A DNA stretch of 64,000 bases from Desulfatiglandales bacterium (GCA_963662465.1 OY759599.1:6048001-6112000); one strand, 5' to 3'. Numbered from the stretch's first letter, positions 11,775 through 21,191 are shown. Made by a program: numbers and translations. Notes: generated by a model not told the origin, from the letters alone.

Positions 11775-12386
11775 CTAAGTATTTTTTATCTTATTAACAA
11801 CGACCATGGCTGGTCTGATAAGTCTCTGGTTCAACAAATATCCTTTTTGAAGTTCCATGAGCACTGCTCCGGGAGCTGCTTTGTCATTTTCCTGTTCAGA
11901 AACAGCTTCGTGGAAATTGGGATCAAAGGGCTCGCCGACGGCTTTTACCGCTTCCACACCGGCTTTTTCCAGGACGTTCATCAGTCCTTTCAGCGTAAGA
12001 TCGACCCCTTCCCGTAAAGCGTCGAAGGCGGCTTTGTCTTCAGCGTGGGCAAGGGCTTTTTCCAGGTTGTCCGCAACGGGAAGCAGTTGTTTGGTAAGGA
12101 TTTCGTTTCCGTACTTGATCAATTCCTGCTTGTCTTTCTGGAACCGTTTTTTCATGTTTTCCATTTCCGCCTGTGAACGGAGATAGCTGTCCAGATTATG
12201 ATCCGCCGATGCCTGCACTTCCGATATTTTTTCAATCAACTGGTCTTTTGTCATGTCCGATAAAGAGATTTGTTTGTCTTGTTCATTTTGAAATTCGTCT
12301 CCCGGGGTCAAATCCCCTTCCCCAATGACTTCTTCCGGTAAATCATCCGTTGTTGATTTTTCTTCCATGACATCAATCCTGGCCAC
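11775..12386 (-). CDS. grpE: Nucleotide exchange factor GrpE
   Basis: FDPNFHEAV and QKGYLLNQRLIRPAMVVV motifs; directly upstream of dnaK. Confidence 0.97.
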   Translation of the reverse strand: MARIDVMEEKSTTDDLPEEVIGEGDLTPGDEFQNEQDKQISLSDMTKDQLIEKISEVQASADHNLDSYLRSQAEMENMKKRFQKDKQELIKYGNEILTKQLLPVADNLEKALAHAEDKAAFDALREGVDLTLKGLMNVLEKAGVEAVKAVGEPFDPNFHEAVSEQENDKAAPGAVLMELQKGYLLNQRLIRPAMVVVNKIKNT

Positions 12387-12632
12387 ATTTCACTCCTGCA
12401 AATAACATAAAACGGGGTTGTCTTTCATTTCGTACATAGGCGTTACGTTAAGCATCGGAAAAAGCTTTGTCAAGCGGCACTTTTTGAACTTTTCCCAGGA
12501 TAAAAAGGGTCTGTTTTTAATGAAAAAAATGGTTGAAAAATGGCTGTTGACAACAAAGAGAAAACGATCGCATGTCTAAAATCATATTAAGGCGTCCCGC
12601 AGCTATGCCCGAGATAATTTTTAAACAGGCGC

Positions 12633-13259
12633 TTATTGGCCGCTGGGGAAATTGGCCATGATCCTTTTAAGATCTTTCAGCAGGAGCGGCGCATTTTCCC
12701 GAGTAAGGCGATGGGTTTCGTCATTTGTTTTTCCGGTGGGTTTGATGAAAAGACCATCGGCGCCGGCTTTAAACATGGCGACCGCGTCACTGATCAGCGA
12801 TTTTCGGGTATAAAAAACCGCCGGTATTTCAGGGTAATACTTTCGTGTTTGTTCCAGGTTTGAGAGACCATACTTCCGGTTTTGTCCGATTTTATTGCAA
12901 ACGCCTTCAAAGAGGGATCGCCAGCTGTCCACGATGGAAAAAAATCGCTTCAGATATTCATTGTTTACATCGCCGGCGATGTTGTCCAAGCCGGCATAGA
13001 CATCCTCCAAACATGGGAAATCGGCAATTTTTTTCTGAACCTCTTTCATGGGGGTTATCCGGGGGCTTGTTACGGTTTCATCCTGCCCCCAGAGATCCAG
13101 GAGAAATAGCGCCGGTACAGCGTTTTTCAATAGCGTTTTGGCTTCGTCAAAAGTGTATGCTTGAACAAACTGAAAATCCGGCGCACAGGGTGCGATTTCA
13201 TGCTTAACCAGGTCATGCTCGAAATTGGAATCATCAATAAAACAAATAATCGGTTTCAT
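12633..13259 (-). CDS. Atypical response-regulator receiver protein with a large insertion
   Basis: Receiver motifs FIDD, LFLLD, FYT and GADGLFIKP, with about 70 extra residues after the phospho-acceptor Asp. Confidence 0.65.
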   Translation of the reverse strand: MKPIICFIDDSNFEHDLVKHEIAPCAPDFQFVQAYTFDEAKTLLKNAVPALFLLDLWGQDETVTSPRITPMKEVQKKIADFPCLEDVYAGLDNIAGDVNNEYLKRFFSIVDSWRSLFEGVCNKIGQNRKYGLSNLEQTRKYYPEIPAVFYTRKSLISDAVAMFKAGADGLFIKPTGKTNDETHRLTRENAPLLLKDLKRIMANFPSGQ

Positions 13260-13276
13260 AGCTTTCCTCTAAAAAT

Positions 13277-13540
13277 TTATTTAATGAGTGTAGAAGAGTT
13301 GTTGACAGATTTTATTGCAATTGTCAATTGAGGGTGTGCCTGGACAGCAATTCTCATAAAGAGGTTGACGCCGGGGATGGAGCAGCCGAGTCTCCCGTCA
13401 ATCATGGAAGAGGTGCCCCCGGTGACACGACCGATGACGTTTTGCACCGAATTAGGACCTATGAAGGTGCCGCTTTCCCCGGTATTGATGTTGAAGGACT
13501 GGAAGCTGTGAAAGAGATTACTCCCCGCCTGGGACCCCAT
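13277..13540 (-). pseudogene. Filamentous haemagglutinin (TPS) N-terminal domain fragment
   Basis: GSNLFHSFQSFNI...NVIGRVTGG...IDG motif; truncated before the NPNG motif. Confidence 0.75.
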
Positions 13541-13646
13541 TTTGGTGTCCTTTCAGCAAGCATGCACAGATGAAAAATAATTTTATTTTTTTTGAGGGTG
13601 ATGCCATGCCGTGGTAAGCACGGCATCTATGCTTTAAGATGATTTA

Positions 13647-13880
13647 TTAATTTTGAGAGGGTATTAACTGCCTGAAATTCCAGGGCAGCCATTTTTCAGG
13701 ATTTGCCGCAACTGCGGATGCGTTTTTCTGAAGGGCCACCAGATAGTCGAAAGGATTTTTGTGGGCCAGGTTGCAGGTTTGGATAAGGCTCATGAGCATG
13801 TCGCCTACATCCGCTCCGTTCTGCGTTTTGTAAAGCAGGGAGTTTTTTCTGTGAATAATGGATTTTTTCAACAGGCTGCT
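13647..13880 (-). pseudogene. IS66-family transposase C-terminal remnant
   Basis: LKKSIIHRKNSLLYKT...MSLIQTC...NPFDYL...WLPWN resembles the TnpC C-terminus; possible GTAAGC end at 13614. Confidence 0.75.
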
Positions 13881-13914
13881 GACAGCTTCGCGGTAAAATG
13901 GATATCTGCGCCAA

Positions 13915-14587
13915 TCAAGGGCTCGGACGGCCTCTGGCGCGAAGCCTGATAGGTTTACCATTTCTATGTAAGCCCATCTTATTAACAGCAGCAATCAATT
14001 TGTGCATGGTTACGATATTCGTTTTTGAGAGCCCCTTCATATTTGCCAAGTATATCACTTCCAAAGGGCTTTCATACAATCCACCACTCCTTTCAAAAAA
14101 GAGTCGAATAAAGCTGTCAAGGTTCATGCTAACCTCGCCGCTCATTAGCACCAGTATAAGCGAAAAGAATTCTATCAGTTTGTTCTCCAATAGAAGCGTT
14201 CTCAGCGTCATGATGCTCTGTTTTCGGAAATCGCGATCGTGTCGCGTACCGGCAGGGCCAAGCTTTTCGATACCTTCTTTGATGGCCTCTTTTTGGGTTT
14301 CGATCTTGGCGTACTCGGCTTTTAGTACCGCTAAGCGGTTATTTCGTTGATCGAGTCGCGTCCCATGGTCTTTCTCTTTTGACTCTTCTACCTTCTTTTC
14401 TTGCTCCTTAATTTTTTCTTCTTTCCTGAACGCTTTCCTTTCTGCTTTCTGCAACTGTTCTTGTTTCTCGTCAACTTTACGCTGGTGGTGACGATCTACA
14501 CACTCAATTTTTTTCGTCCCGTAGTTGACGTCCAAGGCGCCATGCTCTTTCATCCTTCTGAAGTTGTTCTCTTGCTTTTCGGTTCGC
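13915..14587 (-). pseudogene. 5'-truncated putative transposase (family unclear)
   Basis: QENNFR motif followed by a coiled-coil region; the frame stays open up to the terminal repeat of the IS21-like element. Confidence 0.55.
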
Positions 14588-14850
14588 TGCTTGGGCGCTA
14601 ACCAAAATGGAACCAGTTTTGCTACTCCAAACGGAACCAGATATTGCGCACTGGTCTTTTCCTTTTAGAAGGGTTTTCTTGTAAATTTGTTAGAGGTTGC
14701 ATGAAAGAGTATATCAGATGGTATTTTAAAAATGCTGGTGAGACACGTAGCGTTCTGGTTGAAGAATCAGTGATGAGGATACCATCAATATGGTGATGGC
14801 AGAGAAGAGGGGATTAGATTTTTCGGTTAAGGGCAATGCTTATTGAGGAA

Positions 14851-15048
14851 CTATTTGTCTATGTCATAGTCGTCCGGTAAATTCAGGAGGCCTCCCTTCG
14901 CCAATTGATCCTCAATCAAATATCCAATTTCCCCGTTTTTTTTCAGCTGTAGAATCATCCATTTGGGGAGACGAATGGTGAGCAGTTCACGTCTCAAATG
15001 TTCCGGTTTCTTTCTTCGGCCGGCGCCTACCCGTTTTCCACCTCTCAT
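14851..15048 (-). CDS. Small basic DNA-binding protein (RGGxRxGAGR motif, RHH-like)
   Basis: MRGGKRVGAGRRKK...LTIRLPKW; lies inside the element downstream of istB. Confidence 0.6.
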   Translation of the reverse strand: MRGGKRVGAGRRKKPEHLRRELLTIRLPKWMILQLKKNGEIGYLIEDQLAKGGLLNLPDDYDIDK

Positions 15049-15146
15049 TTCAAGCTCCAAGACAAGGTAATTTCTGATATTCGTGTAACGAGATTCAAAC
15101 AGACCGGTGATATTCAGACCTCAAAACCGGCCCTTTGGCGAACATC

Positions 15147-15980
15147 TCATTTTCTGAGGGAAGGACCATCAATATGAATGTTGATGCAGCGATGGTTGAG
15201 ACGATCCAGCAAGGCATCGACCATGTCCTTTGGTTCAAGCAGCGAATACCATTGTTCAGGTTGAAGATTGGTCGTAATAATTGTGGACCGACCGGCTTCA
15301 TAGCGATCTTTCATGAGTTTAAAAAAGGCGTTCATCTGCTCTTTTTTGAGGGTCAGGTATCCCAGTTCATCGAGCAGAAGCAGGTCATATCTGCAAAGGG
15401 CATTGAGGAGTTTCGGGGTGGACCGATCTGCCAAAGACGCATAGAGCTGATCCAGCAAATCCTGAACATTATAAAAACGCCCCCGGTACCCGGCAATAAT
15501 GGCTTGACGAAGGATCCCCACGGCCAATCCCGTTTTGCCGACGCCGGTTTTTCCATGGAACACGATGTTTTCTCTTCGGCTGATAAAGTCAAGGCCGGAC
15601 AACGTCATGATCAGGGCAAATTTGTTCTATTTGTAAACCTTTGATATCAAAACCTTATGAAGGACACATCAATTCAAACAAATCAATGGATTAGCGTTAG
15701 AACAAATTCACCGTGACGTCATGATCCGGCTCTTCTGTATTCCCGGCTGAAGATCAAACGGAAAGGAGTTGAGGGTCCATTCCCATGGAAGCTTTGCAAT
15801 CTGGACCCGATAGATCATGCTGCGCTCCTGCCGGAAACGTAATTCCTCAGCCAGGAGATTGTAGATGACCTCGTGAATGGAAAAACCGTTCTTTTCAGCC
15901 GAAGCCAACTGTTCTTCGAGAGCCTTCAGCATGCCTTTAAACTTCAAATCAATGAGTAACTGTTCAATTTTCTTTTTCAT
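15147..15980 (-). pseudogene. istB: IS21 helper ATPase IstB interrupted by a MITE
   Basis: Two same-frame ORFs (15708-15980 and 15147-15608) with Walker A GKTGVGKT and Walker B LLLLDELG. Removing 114 bp (MITE plus one TSD) restores a 239-aa protein. Confidence 0.9.
15612..15715. mobile_element. 104-bp MITE with ISAs1-type ends
   Basis: Ends CAGGGCAAATTTGTTCTA and TAGAACAAATTCACCGTG; 10-bp TSD ACGTCATGAT at 15602-15611 and 15716-15725. Confidence 0.92.
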
Positions 15981-17359
15981 AGATCAAAAAAGTCTCCCGC
16001 GATATAATCGAGAATAATGTTTTCCAGACGCGACAAATCAAAAAGTCCATATTTAAGCGCCTGTGTTATGGCTTTCAAAAAAGGTTCCCCGGGATAAGTG
16101 CGTTTCAGATGAAGCAACCGACGTAACTTGACCACACCGCGACCGTGACTTCTTTTCTTCAGTTCAGCCACATACTCATCCAGGATGGCATCCTCTCCCG
16201 TCAACAGCTGTTCTTCTTTTGAAGGGATTCGGGGATCTTTTTTTCTTCGAATGGGAACATGGTGACCGGGCAGGGTTGTTCGGGTGTTGCGTTTATCCAG
16301 TATGCGGTCATGTTCCGCCACTTTTGTGTTTTTGTCGTAAACGATGACCTTGAGCCAATGTTTCTGTACTTCCAGGGAGTTCCCAATCAGCGCTTCAGGG
16401 ACTGAATAGCGGTTGGTGTCCAAGTGCACATATCCCTGAACATCGGCTACCCTGTGTTCTGCCACATAGACTGGCGGCTGGTATGCCGGTAAATCAATGA
16501 GATATGGCTTTTCAATGACATAGGCCTCATCCGGCGTCATCCCTAAAGCCCGTTTAAACTTTTTATCGCTTGTATTCCGGCACCAGTCGATTGCCTGCCG
16601 GTTCAAATCCTGCCAGCTAACAAATGTTCTACCGGGAAGAAAATTGTTTTCCACAAAATGAAAAGGCCTTTCCACACGGGCACTTCGATTGGCGTCTCCT
16701 ACAGCATGGGCCTCAAACCGGGTTCCATACATATCGCCGAAGTATTTCATTTCAGGCGCAATCAATGCATCAGGCCCGGTGCCGCCGGCCACAATAACAT
16801 TGGTGTTGTCAACCATGCACCGGGAACACACCCCGTCCATAAACTCGAATGCTTTTTTTAGGAAAACCTTGCACTCAAACCGGGTAAAACAGGGGTAATA
16901 CTGAATAAAAATCCTTCGGCAAAAGGCCAGGGTCAGGGACGCGCACTGGGTCGACATTTTTTTCCCATTAATGACAACCAGATGGGGTGACGTATCATGC
17001 TGCATCTCCTGACCGGGTTTAAAATGGTATTGGCCCGCCCGTCTTTTTTTACGTTCCCGGATCTCGTACTTTCTCATAATCCAGGTCAGACTCTGATAAG
17101 GGATTTTGATCTGTTGGCGGCTTTCCAGTTCCTCGGCTACTCGCACGGCATTTCCTTTACATTCCTTGAAAAGCTCGCGGATCAACGGGACATGTTCTTC
17201 ATACCGGGAGTTCCTTTGGGGTACCGCCTCTTCGTCATGATCATCTAAAACCTTCGTGACGGTATTGCGACCGGCCTTCAGGGTTTTGGCGATGTCGCGC
17301 AAACTCATGCCGGTTTTTTTCAATTCCACAATGGCATCTTTTTTGGATTGTCGGATCAT
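15977..17359 (-). CDS. istA: IS21-family transposase IstA
   Basis: N-terminal HTH, PGQEMQHD / VDN / RVERPF DDE motifs and C-terminal NRYSVP; ATGA overlap with istB. Confidence 0.92.
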   Translation of the reverse strand: MIRQSKKDAIVELKKTGMSLRDIAKTLKAGRNTVTKVLDDHDEEAVPQRNSRYEEHVPLIRELFKECKGNAVRVAEELESRQQIKIPYQSLTWIMRKYEIRERKKRRAGQYHFKPGQEMQHDTSPHLVVINGKKMSTQCASLTLAFCRRIFIQYYPCFTRFECKVFLKKAFEFMDGVCSRCMVDNTNVIVAGGTGPDALIAPEMKYFGDMYGTRFEAHAVGDANRSARVERPFHFVENNFLPGRTFVSWQDLNRQAIDWCRNTSDKKFKRALGMTPDEAYVIEKPYLIDLPAYQPPVYVAEHRVADVQGYVHLDTNRYSVPEALIGNSLEVQKHWLKVIVYDKNTKVAEHDRILDKRNTRTTLPGHHVPIRRKKDPRIPSKEEQLLTGEDAILDEYVAELKKRSHGRGVVKLRRLLHLKRTYPGEPFLKAITQALKYGLFDLSRLENIILDYIAGDFFDL

Positions 17360-18240
17360 AATTGGGTCGCTTTCTTGAGTTCCAGTGCTTGTTTTTCTAT
17401 CTTTTTCACCCAGGTTTTGAGCGTTTGTTTCTTCAACTGATCGCTTTTTGGGTAATGGACATGCGAAACGGTTTTCACCAGACGTTTGAGAACCGCATAT
17501 GCCATTTCAATATCCTTGAACCATTTGCCTTCCGGTCCATCATGAACTTCTTTGGCTTGTTTAGACTGGGTTCTTTGTTCGAGAACTTTTATGAAAAGGG
17601 ATGGATTTTCCAGCATGTGGTCTCGAACAGACCGGTTGCTTTTCTGGTAATGTGCGTAGAAACGGGCCAGTTCCCTTGTGGATAGAGGTTCTTTTTCCAG
17701 GTGGGCCAACAGTTTTTGTGCGTCTTCACCGTTGGCGCGCGCCAACGGCGCCATGACACGGCTGGCAGCCCAGGTTGAAAGTGAGCCTGCAATCACGGTT
17801 CTCAAAATATTTTCCGGCAGGGCTTCAACCAGGTCCAGCCGCCGTTTTACAAAACTCTTGTCGCGCCCTATTCGGGTTGCAATATGGGAGAGGCTGCACC
17901 CAAAACGCCGATGTAATTCCTGAAGTAAAACAGACTGCTCAATGACTTCCCATTGCCGTTCATTGGCCTTGGTTAAAAGCGAAAACATGGCATTTTGTTC
18001 GTTTTCTTTTGAGAATTGGACACATATCCGGTCCTTTCCACAAGCACAAAGCGCTCGAACACGCAGGTAGCCATCAATCAGAATCAGTTTGTCTTTTTCT
18101 TCAATAGCCAGGGCCGGAACGATCTGCCCGTAAGTTTCGATGGAATCCCTCAATCGCTTTAAAGCCTGGTGATTCATTATCCGGCAATGAGCGTAACGCA
18201 ACTCCAGCAAATGAATATCAACGGTTCGGATGGATTCCAT
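17356..18240 (-). CDS. ParB/Spo0J-like protein
   Basis: LRDSIETYGQIVP...LIDGYLRVRAL (ParB N-terminal GxxRxxA-type motif) followed by HTH SLSHIATRIGRDKSFVKRRL; ATGA overlap with istA. Confidence 0.85.
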   Translation of the reverse strand: MESIRTVDIHLLELRYAHCRIMNHQALKRLRDSIETYGQIVPALAIEEKDKLILIDGYLRVRALCACGKDRICVQFSKENEQNAMFSLLTKANERQWEVIEQSVLLQELHRRFGCSLSHIATRIGRDKSFVKRRLDLVEALPENILRTVIAGSLSTWAASRVMAPLARANGEDAQKLLAHLEKEPLSTRELARFYAHYQKSNRSVRDHMLENPSLFIKVLEQRTQSKQAKEVHDGPEGKWFKDIEMAYAVLKRLVKTVSHVHYPKSDQLKKQTLKTWVKKIEKQALELKKATQL

Positions 18241-18637
18241 ACCCAGTCTCCCGAAAGATTTCCTCTATGGTTTCTCCAAGACTGACCCAATTTCCTTGCC
18301 GGATCTCCTTTACCTGTTTCACAATCACAGGACGTCTGGGAAGCGAAAGAACCTGAAACAGACGGCCATCAAACCCAATCAGATCCTTGTCCAACAAGCC
18401 ATCGCGGGCATCGATATATTGATCCAAATGCACCTTTAAAATCCGGCAGATTCTGTCGTAACCATAATAAGAGAGCCCGTTTTTGTCAGATACCAACACC
18501 AGAAAAATGTAGAGCAGCAGCTCATGATGATTCAGGCTCTCCCAAAAGCCGTTTCTCAAAAAACGATGCTCCAGAAAGCCGAAGCTTCCATTGATGACAC
18601 GCACTCTTTCGGGAAAAAGGACTCTTTTTTTGATCAT
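18218..18637 (-). CDS. Winged-helix-like protein
   Basis: ELLLYIFL...GLSYYGYDRICRIL...ARDGLLDKDLI resembles HTH_36 / replication-initiator wHTH domains; AGGAG RBS. Confidence 0.65.
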   Translation of the reverse strand: MIKKRVLFPERVRVINGSFGFLEHRFLRNGFWESLNHHELLLYIFLVLVSDKNGLSYYGYDRICRILKVHLDQYIDARDGLLDKDLIGFDGRLFQVLSLPRRPVIVKQVKEIRQGNWVSLGETIEEIFRETGYGIHPNR

Positions 18638-18649
18638 TTTTTTCTCCTG

Positions 18650-19066
18650 TCATGGATATGGGGTTTTCTCAAAGCCTGTTACATCTGAAAAAACCCTCCC
18701 TGCATAAGCACGGCGAGGAAAATGGTCCACAACAACCCCGATCGACCCGCAAAAAAGACAGCTGGGTCGGTTCCCCGACCGCTTTTTGGGTTCAATATCA
18801 CAGTCTTTTTGAGGTGTTGAACTATCATCACCAGGGTTCAGTCCATTTTTTTTGGATTTTTTTGTTTTTTCGTACAAACGACGGCGCTCTTTCCCTTTTT
18901 TCGAATTGCGGTATTTCCCCTGAGCTTTCCGGTGCAGCTGTCTTTGGCGTATCCTGCGACATCGTTCCCCACAATAGGCCTGGCCACGCCAACACGACCG
19001 ACAAACGTGAAAAAAGCAACCACAACATCGGCATTGAACCACTCTTAAAAGGACATCTCCCATCAT
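18650..19066 (-). CDS. Cys-rich basic hypothetical protein (putative Zn finger)
   Basis: CRCC...CRSC...YCGERC cluster, Arg/Lys-rich helix and C-terminal CLFC; first gene of the element operon. Confidence 0.7.
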   Translation of the reverse strand: MMGDVLLRVVQCRCCGCFFHVCRSCWRGQAYCGERCRRIRQRQLHRKAQGKYRNSKKGKERRRLYEKTKKSKKNGLNPGDDSSTPQKDCDIEPKKRSGNRPSCLFCGSIGVVVDHFPRRAYAGRVFSDVTGFEKTPYP

Positions 19067-19141
19067 TCCGGCCTTGCAATTGGCCGGAAACACACTTATA
19101 TAAAATTGGCGTGTGTGTGGCTTCCGGCTCTATCCGGTGGT

Positions 19142-19177
19142 CAAAAAAGAAGGCCCGAAGCGGCTACTTCGGGCCTT
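19142..19177 (-). terminator. Intrinsic terminator-like hairpin in the leader of the element operon
   Basis: Minus strand GAAGGCCCGAAG-TAGCCG-CTTCGGGCCTTC followed by TTTTTT, about 80 nt upstream of the first ORF. Confidence 0.7.
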
Positions 19178-19428
19178 CACCATCCATTCTACAAAGTAAA
19201 TCGCATTTCCACTTAACCAAGCCTCTGTCTTGGAAGAAGAAAACCAAATCCAAAGAAAATAGATTTTATAAAAATTTATTGAAAAGTAAATCTACATCAA
19301 CGACTCCTTTGCCGCCACTTATGGATCCCTCATCGTCCGCTATACCTGAGGGCCGTACTCACTGGCGGTGACAGCCAATGGTTCAATTTCCATTAGCAAA
19401 CTTGGTTCAGTTTTGATTAGCGTTGAAG

Positions 19429-20013
19429 CCCTTATTTAATCATGTCGAACAAGCGCGGGTAAATGGTGGCGTTACTGAATTCGAATTGGTCGACAAAGAG
19501 GATCCGGAAAAAACGCATCGCTTCCGATTCCTTAACCATGTACCTCTCAACGCCTCTAACAAGGATGTACTGGTTAACTTTCTGGAATATTGGGAAATTA
19601 CACCGGAAAAAACACAGCATTTCAGTTGGGTGACTGATTTTATCATAGAAAAGGACAATGCATACGAGCTGATGCGAGGCGGTCGTGCGAGATGGAAGAT
19701 CGAAAATGAAACCTTCAATACTCTTAAAAACCAAGGTTATCATTTTGAACATAACTTCGGCCTTGGCAAGAAGAATCTGAGTGTTGTTTTCGCGATGCTC
19801 ATGATGATTGCATTTCTGGTTGATCAAACGCAGCAGCTTTGTTGTCCCTTATTTCGAGCTGCATGGCAGAAACTCGGTTCCAAAAGAGAATTATGGGAAC
19901 GTATGAGAGCTCTGTTTAAAGATTTTGAATTCAAATCCATGAGGATGCTCTATGAAGCTCTCTATTATGGTGTGAAATTCCAAGCGCCAGTCATTTTGTA
20001 TGACACTGGGTGA
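19429..20013 (+). pseudogene. 5'-truncated DDE transposase (ISNCY-like)
   Basis: GRARWKIENETFNTLKNQGYHFEHNFG motif; N-terminal half missing at the IS21-like end; possible single IS end GCGGGAATTGCTG at 20249-20261. Confidence 0.8.
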
Positions 20014-20305
20014 ATTTGCGATGTCCAATTTGCATACAAGAGTGCTCTCAATAAAAAATCTGGAGTTTCCGGAAATGGATATCTCTGTCCTGACTCAGAT
20101 CTTTTTACGTTCTTTCTCTTCTGGAAAGCCTCAATCTGTGAAAAATCGAAGGAGCCAACAGTGAATTTGGAGTAATCTTCTGAAAAGTTTTTGATCTCAC
20201 CGTTTATTTTTCAAATTTGTGTTACAAACTCGGTGAGTAAATTCCTGAGCGGGAATTGCTGAAGGAGGTATAGTATACTGTTAATCGGCTGGTGTATTCC
20301 GGAAT

Positions 20306-20353
20306 GGGGATGAGCGTATCCTTGGCGATGGTGAATTTGTGGAGAAGGTACTT
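20306..20353 (+). pseudogene. Very short remnant of a REP-associated tyrosine (Y1) transposase
   Basis: Translates to GDERILGDGEFVEKVL, which I recall from deltaproteobacterial RAYT-like proteins; only 16 codons. Confidence 0.45.
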
Positions 20354-20761
20354 GTCCGAACGCCGTCTTTTAATCCTGTCCATCTAAGAAATCCTGTTCA
20401 TCGTGTTCAAGACAATAAGGATGCCCACAGTGCCTGATAACCCTTTGCCCGTTTTTAAAAACTATAAAAATCACAGGCATCCTTCATTTTCCAGTTTACA
20501 CTTTTGTCCCCATGCATTTCGTTTCCAAGCATGAAACTCCCCCCAGAGACAAGGCATGCCTTGTCCCTACAGCAGCCGCGTGCCTTTGTACAACCTGCTT
20601 TTGTGTTCCATGAGAATGTACCGGCCAAAATCCCAGTACAAACACCCCGCCGTCAAGCAAAAACCCATTTTGCTCTTCGCTGTCGTATATTCCTTTTACG
20701 ATCTCTTTTTATTTCTCGCGCAAAGACGCCAAGACGCAAAGTTTGGGCTTGGTCCTAACTT

Positions 20762-21008
20762 CAATACCCGTGAATGAATAGTATTCATGCCGATTTTCAA
20801 CCATGAAGAACATGAAGGTCATGAAGAAAAAGGGTTTCAAGGACTGCCTGACCGACGGTTGTCGCCTTTTTAGCCATTGCAGTCCGGATGTTTTCTTTTT
20901 TTAAAGGCCTTCATGTTCTTCATGTTCTTCATGGTGACTATTAAGAGTGTTGCATTCTAAGATCTTATGTCTTTCAACTATGTGAACAGGATTCATTCAC
21001 GGGTATTG
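20762..21008. mobile_element. 247-bp MITE with IS4-type ends
   Basis: Perfect 18-bp IR CAATACCCGTGAATGAAT, identical to the ends of the IS at 22780-24459; no TSD visible. Confidence 0.85.
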
Positions 21009-21191
21009 GGTTTAGGTACACTGCAATGTCACGCCCTTACAGGGCTCTGCATCAGAGGCTTGCCCATTCAGTCGCGAGGTGCGAACCGCAGAATATTGAA
21101 CAAGGAATTCGGTTTCTCCTTACATTTCATCGTTATCAGTGATTTGCTGATTAATTTCATATTGTCCGGCCATTCGGTAATCCCAGTCTGC

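Larger units (their letters stand above)
14590..19428 (-). mobile_element. Extended IS21-like element (Cys-rich, wHTH, ParB-like, IstA, IstB, small DNA-binding ORF)
   Basis: Imperfect inverted repeats CGCTAACCAAAATGGAACCAGTTTTGCTA (from 14596) and the reverse complement of 19394-19422 (CGCTAATCAAAACTGAACCAAGTTTGCTA), each with an inner second copy of the motif. Ends uncertain by about 5 bp; no TSD. Confidence 0.85.

Noticed and set aside
12387..12632. CIRCE element upstream of grpE-dnaK
   Set aside because: No TTAGCACTC-N9-GAGTGCTAA seen; hrcA and dnaJ are also not adjacent.
13647..13994. 115-aa ORF as an intact gene
   Set aside because: Chimeric: only the C-terminal part resembles IS66 TnpC, and the start comes from the neighbouring element.
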